Source of the DNA: Paraspadella gotoi | Taxonomy: Eukaryota > Animalia > Chaetognatha | NCBI GenBank assembly: GCA_051294375.1 | Contig: CM119270.1 | Span: forward strand, 684,956-748,955 | DNA length: 64,000 nt | Direction: 5' to 3' | Shown: piece after piece, positions 55,060 through 64,000 of the stretch | How the letters are laid out: each line of letters opens with the position of its first letter | How positions within the stretch are numbered: the first letter of the stretch is position 1 | The notes under the pieces: generated by a model | Databases searched by the model: none | The model's input: the letters and a program-made list of their open reading frames with translations, nothing else | What the model was told of the DNA's origin: nothing | Translations under genes and position numbers: made by a program

Positions 55060-58000
55060 GGATAGAAAAGAAAAAAAAAACAGATAGACAGCGAAGAAAG
55101 AAAGACAAAAAAAGGAAGAAAGAAAATAAAAGACAAAAGAAAATTAGAAAAGAAAAAAGAAACGTAGAAAGAAAAATTAAATTGTTTTAAAAATAAGAAG
55201 AGATGGTAAGAAAAAGATATAAGATATGAGAAAGAAAAAGAAAACAGAAAAAGAAAAAAGGAAAAAAGAAAATAGATAGGAAACAAGAAAGAAGGAAAAG
55301 AAACAAACGACTAGAAAATAAAAATGTAAGAAAGATAAAAAAAAGCAAAAGAATAGAAAGAATAGAAATGAAAAAAAAGAAGAATAAAATAGACAAGAAA
55401 GCAGTTAGAGTAGGAAATAAATATAACAAATATTTCGAATCATATTTTATTGTTAAAGATAAAAATGATGAGAAAATAAAGTTTATGGAAATTTAATTAA
55501 AAGTAGGAAGAAATAAAAAAGAATAAAAAAGAAAAAAAAAAAAGAGGGAAAAAATGTGAATGACTTCGTAATTAGAGTTTTTTTTATCCTCACATCCTCT
55601 AGGAAAGCTCGTTGCTTCATTAATGAAGAGAGAGTGAGAGAGAGAGAGGGGAGGGGGGAAGAGAGAGGGAGAATGAGAGAGAGAGAAGAGCTCATATCTG
55701 AGAGACTGGAGAGGAGGGCTCGGTGCTTGGCCGTGGGAGAGGATCGAGAAATGCGCGGAGAGGCACGGATGTATATATAGAGCATTAACCTGTATTTTTT
55801 TCGTAGTCAGATCTGGTATTGAGAAGCATTTTTTCTGTTTCTCTGAGACGGGTTGGACAGAAGCTTGATCGAGTATAGACAGAGTGGAGTAGAGAGGGCA
55901 AGGGGGTGGTTCGATCGAAGATGCTATATGATGACTAACTGCTGCCTGCGGATATGTAGTACTTGAATTTCTTTGCTATGAATAGCTTATTATTGGTAGT
56001 GGGGTAGTGGTCGGCCTTTGCATCAAGATTTCTACCCTTCAAAGTTCCGAAATTTCACTTTGAAGGAGAACGATGGCGCTGATTAAGATCCAAAACCTCC
56101 AGCACAAACGCCAGAAAGGTCTGTCTTCTCTCTTTCATCCAAGATGCAACCTCTCCAGCATCAATCGAAGGAAACGATCAAGCAGTCATGTGGATTCTTT
56201 GCGAAATACATTGAGGAACGACCGTATCACCAATCTCCATTAAGTACAGATGACACAACTATTGCTTCTCAACACCGCAGCATCCCTATGATTAACCTCG
56301 CCAAGGTGCTCCTTCCCCTCTAGCAGAGCTCACGACTTCATTTACCACATCGAGCAGGCCTCCCAACTCAGACGACAAACAAGGCGCTGTGAACTTCATC
56401 GACCGATTAGTTCAACAAATTTTAACTTTAAAATACCAGTTTAGCGACCTGCAACATACGTGCAAGGAGCCTAACAGTCCCTGATTTCTGCACAAATTAT
56501 CAAACATGGCTTTTTTCCACACAACTATTTCTTAACAATTCACTGGGATGAGTTCAGAAAAAATATTCATACTTCTTTATTTGACTGATAGAAATTTCAA
56601 TTGAGAGAAAAATGATTGGAATCTGAGAAAAATACTAGCGCAGTTACAGGTTTGTTTATGACAATATTGCCCAATGTCATTGGCGTGAAGGAATCTGCCC
56701 CATTAAAGAGAGAAATTCTTTGGAAGATAAAACCTTTGTCACGTGAGTGATCACTGATCACACAACCCCTTTATGATGTGAATATATATTCTCACTACCT
56801 TAACAGCGTAGTGGACAATAGAGGGATAAGGCTGAACAAAAGGACAATAAAACAGCCTGCTAACTAGAACAGAAGATATGCATTTACCCTCTTGATACTC
56901 TAATACAATGTATTACACATGATTGCAACAATCCTCGACAATGAATTAATGATGAGCAAAAAAAATCGCAATTCCAATGAATTCCAAACAAGTCCCCCCA
57001 TGCCCCCCCACTGCCCCATGCGTTGCTTTAAATTTCTGGTTGGCAGTTACTATGCAAACATTCACGACAAAAAATGCCTTCCGCTCTCTGGAAAACCATG
57101 AACGGTCTGTGCTCGAAGGTCTCCTTCCACTCATTTCCTGTCTGGAAGAATTTTCATTCCCCAATAAATCTCCATTTAATGTTGCGTCGTGGCCCTTTCT
57201 TTTCTTGCGCTTTTGTTTCTCTTGCCAGAGCTCTCCATTGATCTCGTTTCTTCTCTTCCCTTCACTAATTTTGATCAACTTATTTCTATCTTACTCAACG
57301 ACCCAAACCTCTTTTAATTTTTTGACTTTTCAGTCTTCAGGTATGTTTCTGTAGCTGGACTCAATTTCCTAGACTCATTTTCCTAGGATGAGTCATTGGT
57401 TCAACCATCACCATAGAAATCTACAGTACATATTTATATTAAGAATTGTTCGCAGTATAAAAAAAAAAAAAAAGCAATTGTTATGTTCTCTGTATGAAAA
57501 CAAATCTTCTGTTTTACCCCTTTTTGCCTTGTTCCTTGCGAATGTTCACGTAAAAAAAACCAAAAAGTTGAAAAAAAAAAAAAAAAATTATCTTAGGTGC
57601 AATCACGCTCATTCTCAGTGTTAAGATAGATTTAAACAAACGATCACGGTTTTAGAAATATCACAATAGATAATTAAAATCTATTTCGCTTTTACTCTCC
57701 AAGTAGGTGCTGAGTCCTCTCTTAGGTCGATGGCGATAGCCCAGACGACGATAGAATACGTGAGATACAATGGTGACAACAATGGCGACGACTAATTGGC
57801 GACGACGATGGCGACGTCTACGGCGCCGGCAATAGCGATGGCGATGGCGCCTCTGCTCTCCATTACTCTCTCCCCCCTCGCAGTCCCGACGCTCTCCTCT
57901 CTTGCTCTCCCCTTCATACGCGAACACCCGAATCATGAAAATTAAAACAAAAACAAAAATTACCTTCTCCCGACTTCACCTCTCTCGTCGACTCTCCTGC

Positions 58001-59300
58001 AAAATCTCCGTCTGATTCTTACGTTCCCCGATCAACGTCAACATCTTTCGTCATAGCGGTTATCTGCAGCGACCTCCAAGGACCAACGTCTTCTCATGCA
58101 TCTCTTGCGCTCTCTCTTTCACTGCTTCCCCCCTTCTCTTTCTGTGTAAACCCATGACCCCCCCTTTGTTTTACAATTTTTTTTCTTTGTTAACTGTTAA
58201 AGCTGGCAGCTTTGAAATAGGGTATCTTTCATAGATTGCCCTTTCTCTATTTTACCGGTGCATAAAGTACAGAAAATAGAATATATTAGTATCGATTTAA
58301 ATTTCCTACTTTTCGACTTTTTGATAATGTTTTTAAACATTCTTTGAAACCCGTCTCCTAGTTAATAATCTTTAGTCTGGATTTATCATTTCGTAGTGCA
58401 ATTTTACTTTCTTAGCTTTCACAGTATGATTTATTGCTAGATACGACACTCACTTTTTTTGGCCGCCAGAGATCATTTTCCTCGTGTAAGTCTCGGAATC
58501 TTTTTTAAAATTATTTATATCAACAAACTTTAAATTTTTCATTGAACACGCTTCCTANNNNNNNNNNNNNNNNNNNNNNNNNAGCACAAGATAATTTAAA
58601 CGCGGAGAAGTAGAAAAAAAGAAAAAAAAGAGGCGCTGGAAAACAAAGGAAATAATAAGAAAAAAAAAAAATATATAAAAAAAAAAGGGAAAAAAAGGAG
58701 GAAAAAGAATAAACATAGGATAGAAAACCCAAAGGGGGGGAAAAAGAAGAGAGAAAGAAGGAAAAGAAACCAAAGATCTAGAGAAATGAAAAAATGTAAG
58801 AAAGATTAAAAAAAAGCAAAAGATAGAAGTAAGAGTGCTGGATAGAAAGGGAACAACAAAAAAAAAAAAAAAAAAATAAAATAATTAAGACAAGGAGAAA
58901 AGGATAGTTTTAGGAGAAAAGAATAAAAATAATAAAAAAAATATTTCGAATCATTTTTATTTGTTTTTAAAGGATAATATGATGAGAAAAAAAAAAAAGT
59001 TATATGAGAATATATTCTTTAATAAACGTCGTCTCTTATATATACTGCCTATCATCTTCGCGAATGACATAGATGATATCTAGAGACTCCCAAAGTATGA
59101 GGAGAATAAAAAAAAAAAGATATAAAAAAAAAAAAAGGAAAGACAAAAAAAAAAAAAAAAAAAAAGAGGGGGAAAAAAAAATCGTGAAGACACCAACATG
59201 ACTTCCGTTAATTAGAGTTTTTTTTTCCTCACATCCCTATGAAAGCTTCGTTGACTCATTAATGAGAGACGAGTGGACGAGAGACGACGAAGGGGGCTAC
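55060..59300 (+). repeat. Direct duplication ~55060-55700 / ~58600-59300 across the 25-N gap at 58558-58582
   Basis: Shared aaatatttcgaatcat and tgactt(c)cgt(t)aattagagttttt..cctcacatcc..cattaatga. Confidence 0.8.
55945..56448 (-). CDS. Candidate exon(s), error-damaged or pseudogenised (..IDAGEVASWMKERRQTFLAFVLEVLDLNQRHRS..; ..GRNLDAKADHYPTTNNKLFIAKKFKYYI..)
   Basis: Unique balanced-composition sequence, ttgcag acceptor at ~56449, protein-like peptides in shifting frames; similar patch at ~57070-57360. Confidence 0.25.
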
Positions 59301-59416
59301 GGGGGGAGGGAGAGATGAGGATGACGAGATAGGCAGAAAGAGGACCCAGAGACAGTGAGGAGAGAGAGTAAGAGAGAGGCAGAGAGACGACTGCGACGAG
59401 GAGGAGAGCAGAGAGA

Positions 59417-59451
<35 letters not shown>

Positions 59452-61955
59452 TGTTTTCTTGGCGTCAATTATTTTTTATCGCAACAGGTATCGCATTTGA
59501 GTTTTTGACGAGGAAGGAGGCTGCTGACGGCAAAGAAAGAAAGAAAGAAAGAAAGAAAGAAAAGAAAGAAATCATCTCAACGCGATAATCGTCTTCTCAA
59601 CCGAAAATAAGAATCAATGAGAATTCGCAACAATAAGATGACCGTTGATGCCAGAATCGGTCGACGATGGAAACCAAAATTGACGGCGCCATTTAGCGGC
59701 GTCCCACCCCAAAAACTGGCGCCGTCAATAAACGTCAGACGTCAGGAATCGCTGAGTCCGCGTTCGCGAGAGACAGAGCGCCGCTGTGATGTCACGTCGC
59801 CGGGCAAAGAGCGCCGGTTCGGGCAGAGGAGCGGCGACGTGCTGTGACCGACGGAGATGGCGGCGTCGGGCGGAGGAGCGCCGCGGCGAGAGGATAGGAT
59901 GGACGAAAGATTTCGGCGCCGAGCAAAGGAGCGCCGCTTGGAAAAAAATAGCGCCGAAACTTGATAAGAGCATCGCGCCGGGATACGTTGGCGCTAAAAC
60001 GGGACCAGTGTCTCGCAGTCATCGAGTTCGTCGTTGGCATCGTCCTTCGCCAGGAGAAAAATATTTCCATGAACCAGACGAGAATTTAAGAAAAAGAAAA
60101 AAAATTCAAAATTCAAAATTTTGACTTAGAATTAAATTTCAAAAGTGAAATGAATTTCATAAGCGACTCGACTCGATTTTCTCGGCTCAAGTTTTTGCCA
60201 AGAATTTTTTTTCTTTTTCTGCCAAGATTTTTTTTTTAATCGGCCGAGAGTCTTTCTCTTCCTCTCCGGCTTCCTTCCAAACCTGTTTCATTATGGAACC
60301 ATTCTTAATCCTCTGTAAATCTATGAAACCATCTTTCTGTATTTCATGAATCTACAATACTTTTTTTCCGCCAAATCCGGTCTTTTCCCGCCANNNNNNN
60401 NNNNNNNNNNNNNNNNNNNNNNNNNNNNNNNNNNNNNNNNNNNNNNNNNNNNNNNNNNNNNNNNNNNNNNNNNNNNNNNNNNNNNNNNNNNNNNNNNNNN
60501 NNNNNNNNNNNNNNNNNNNNNNNNNNNNNNNNNNNNNNNNNNNNNNNNNNNNNNNNNNNNNNNNNNNNNNNNNNNNNNNNNNNNNNNNNNNNNNNNNNNN
60601 NNNNNNNNNNNNNNNNNNNNNNNNNNNNNNNNNNNNNNNNNNNNNNNNNNNNNNNNNNNNNNNNNNNNNNNNNNNNNNNNNNNNNNNNNNNNNNNNNNNN
60701 NNNNNNNNNNNNNNNNNNNNNNNNNNNNNNNNNNNNNNNNNNNNNNNNNNNNNNNNNNNNNNNNNNNNNNNNNNNNNNNNNNNNNNNNNNNNNNNNNNNN
60801 NNNNNNNNNNNNNNNNNNNNNNNNNNNNNNNNNNNNNNNNNNNNNNNNNNNNNNNNNNNNNNNNNNNNNNNNNNNNNNNNNNNNNNNNNNNNNNNNNNNN
60901 NNNNNNNNNNNNNNNNNNNNNNNNNNNNNNNNNNNNNNNNNNNNNNNNNNNNNNNNNNNNNNNNNNNNNNNNNNNNNNNNNNNNNNNNNNNNNNNNNNNN
61001 NNNNNNNNNNNNNNNNNNNNNNNNNNNNNNNNNNNNNNNNNNNNNNNNNNNNNNNNNNNNNNNNNNNNNNNNNNNNNNNNNNNNNNNNNNNNNNNNNNNN
61101 NNNNNNNNNNNNNNNNNNNNNNNNNNNNNNNNNNNNNNNNNNNNNNNNNNNNNNNNNNNNNNNNNNNNNNNNNNNNNNNNNNNNNNNNNNNNNNNNNNNN
61201 NNNNNNNNNNNNNNNNNNNNNNNNNNNNNNNNNNNNNNNNNNNNNNNNNNNNNNNNNNNNNNNNNNNNNNNNNNNNTGATGCTAGATTAGAGAAGAGAGA
61301 GAGAGAAGAAGATGAGAGAGAGAAGAGAGAGTAGAGAAGAGCAGGAGAGAGAGAGGAGGGAGAGAGAATGAGAGAGGAAGAAGGAGGAGGTGGAGAGAGA
61401 GTCCAGAATTGCCCGCCTTACTATTAAAACAGTGCCGATAAAATTCTAAAGGATTTTTTCTCATTAATCTTCCTCTGCCAAATTGATATCACTCGACGAC
61501 GATTCCGACGATGACGACGCACGCACGAACGACGACGGGACGACGACGGACGACCGGGCAGAGGAACGCAAAATGTGTATGAGGGGAGAAGCTGCGTCGA
61601 TGAAAAGCAGAAGAACCAGGGGGAATAATCGCTGTGTTACACTTTCGCTCTGTCTTTTCTTGTCTATAACGCTGACGTATTCTCGCGTCGGTCCTTCTCG
61701 TCTCTGTTTGTCCAGTCTGTCTCCGTGCTTATCATTCGGTTCTCGTGTCTCTGTTCCTACACAAAATAGCAATAGTTATAACAATAAAAAAATTACGATT
61801 TTTTTGCCATTTTATTTTTATTTTTCAACTCCTTTTTTTTGCCATAAGCCAGATGCCACTCGTTCTCTAGTAACACCTGCCACTTTTCAATCTGCCATCT
61901 CCCGAAAAATCCATTTTAAATCCTCTTGCCTTGTTCTTTCACTAACGCTCTCTCC

Positions 61956-62185
61956 TTTTCTTTCACCTTTTTTGTCAACCTATCTATAAAAGTTTTCAGA
62001 ACTTCTCTTACCTTTCTTTGTCAACCTCTCTTTAAAAGTTTGTAGCACTTCTCTTCCCTTTCTTTGTCAATATCTTTTTAAAAATTTGCAGCACTTTTCT
62101 TACCTTTTTTTGTCAACCTCTCTTTAAAAGTTTGCAGCACTTCTCTTACCTTTCTTTGTCAACCTCTCTTTAAAAGTTTGCAGCA
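61956..62185. repeat. 46-bp minisatellite x5
   Basis: Unit cttctcttacctttctttgtcaacctctctttaaaagtttgcagca at 62002, 62048, 62094 and 62140, plus a degenerate first unit. Confidence 0.95.
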
Positions 62186-62232
62186 TTTCACCTCTTTGCA
62201 TCTTTTGATTAATACTCAAGTAAATTCTCTTT

Positions 62233-62317
62233 TTTTCTTTTCTTTTCTTTTCTTTTCTTTTCTTTTCTTTTCTTTTCTTTTCTTTTCTTTTCTTTTCTTT
62301 TCTTTTCTTTTCTTTTC
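62233..62317. repeat. (TTTTC)n pentanucleotide microsatellite
   Basis: Perfect tract. Confidence 0.97.
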
Positions 62318-62774
62318 TATCCTCTCTTCTTTCTCCTTTCTCCCCTCTACCTCTCTCCATTTCTTCTTCCTCTTCTTCCTCCTTTCATCTTCGCCGCATC
62401 ATTTTAGATGTCCTGTAGTGAAGGTCAAACTCTCTCTCCCTCTCCCTCTCCCTCCCTCTCCCTCTCCCTCTTTTCCCAAAGGATTCTTTCATCCGCGTCT
62501 CGTGAAAACGCGAAGATGGCAAATGTCATTTTGGTCTCAGCTGAGGCCGACAAGAAATTCNNNNNNNNNNNNNNNNNNNNNNNNNNNNNNNNNNNNNNNN
62601 NNNNNNNNNNNNNNNNNNNNNNNNNNNNNNNNNNNNNNNNNNNNNNNNNNNNNNNNNNNNNNNNNNNNNNNNNNNNNNNNNNNNNNNNNNNNNNNNNNNN
62701 NNNNNNNNNNNNNNNNNNNNNNNNNNNNNNNNNNNNNNNNNNNNNNNNNNNNNNNNGGCGTCGCTGGTCGCGCC

Positions 62775-63140
62775 CCCCTCCGACCGCCCACCTCTGACCG
62801 CCCCCTTTGACCGCCCCCTCTGACCGCCCCCTGCGACCACCCCCCTCTGACCACCCTCCCTAGCTACTCCACACCCAAATGCCCCCTGCGATACACCTCC
62901 CCTGCCACTCCTTGCCACTCCACTGCCACTCCACTTACACTGCACTGCCACTCCTCTGCCACTGCACTGCCCACTAACCCTGCCACTCCCCTGACACTCC
63001 CGCACAATCCCGTGCCACTACTCTGCCACTCCACTGCCACTCCCCTACCAATCTCGTGCCACTCCCCTGCCAATCTCGTGCCACACTCCTGCCACTACAC
63101 TGCCACTCCTCTGCCACTCACTGCCACTCCCCTGCCATCC
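62775..63140. repeat. Compound C-rich minisatellite: ~12-13-bp ctctgaccgcccc units then ~11-bp tgccactcc(c/a)c units
   Basis: Direct inspection; the G-rich complement has recurring G-runs. Confidence 0.85.
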
Positions 63141-63791
63141 CCTTCCCCCTCTCTCTCGTGCTCCTCCTCTGCCTTCCTTCTTTTCTCTTCCCCTTTCTCC
63201 TTCTGAATGACCCGTCGCTTTTTCCTTTTTTTTTTTTCAAAAACCATTCCTACAATATTGGGCTCTCTTTTCCGAGACTGCCCCATTAAATATTGGGCTC
63301 TCTTAATCTTCCTCCCCGAATCGCGTCGTCGTCGTCGTCGTCGTCGTCTTCATCGTCGTCGTTCTTCATCGTCGTCGGCGTCATGGTCGTCAAGGATTCG
63401 CTTCGCCGTCAAATTCTGCTTATGTTTATTTCCCCCTCCTCCTCCCTCCTCCTCCTCCTCCTCCTCCTCCTCATACGACCCACAACCTTCTCATTTTTTT
63501 CTTTTCAGAATCTCCGCCTTTCTGTCTTCCTTTCTTTTTTTTTTTTTTTTTTCCTTTTTTCTTTTTTTTCCCTTTTTTCTTTTTTTTTTTTTTTCCTTTT
63601 TTTTTTCTTTTTTTTTATTTTTCATTTTTTTTAAATTTTTTCATATTTTTTTTCCTTGGTTTTTTTCTTTTTTAATTTTCCTTCCCCCCCTCTCTCTCTC
63701 TCTCTCTCTCTCCTCCTCTCTCTCTCTCTCTCTCTCTTCTCCTTACTTCCTCTCTCTTTCTATCTTTTCACTCTCTCTCTCTCTCTCTCTC

Positions 63792-63829
<38 letters not shown>

Positions 63830-63842
63830 TCCTCTCTCTCTC

Positions 63843-63881
<39 letters not shown>

Positions 63882-64000
63882 TTGTTTTTTATCAGTTTTC
63901 TTTTCAAAAGATTCCTCCTTTCTCTGACCTCAACGAATCCAGACCCAAGAATTAGCCCGAGTTCCCAGCGCAACCAACAAAAGCGCCTTGAGAGAAATAC

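Overview
Eukaryotic (probably invertebrate; inference) draft-assembly sequence dominated by microsatellites ((AG)n, (GAC)n, (CGG)n, A/T-rich purine/pyrimidine tracts) and 14 N-gaps, six of them exactly 25 N. No complete protein-coding gene, rRNA or intact tRNA is recognisable, and nearly all ORFs in the track are translations of simple repeats. Most of 2.2-39.6 kb is one locus present 2-3 times in direct and inverted orientation, including a ~20-kb fold-back centred near 27.82 kb. 48.5-54.4 kb and 55-59.3 kb are direct duplicates straddling 25-N gaps. Indel-rich copies point to long-read gap-filling artefacts rather than biology. The likely biological content is a set of small dispersed elements. 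These are: a tRNA-derived SINE-like element bounded by 13-bp inverted repeats and carrying a twister-ribozyme-like hairpin (head-to-head pair at 47.5-48.0 kb, deleted copy at 9.2 kb); a second structured repeat family (4.72-4.88 kb and relatives); Helentron/DINE-1-like hairpin+GTCY elements; an AT-rich fold-back element; several minisatellites; and a few error-damaged candidate exons. No novel multi-gene system is supported. The best leads are the structured-RNA-like repeats.
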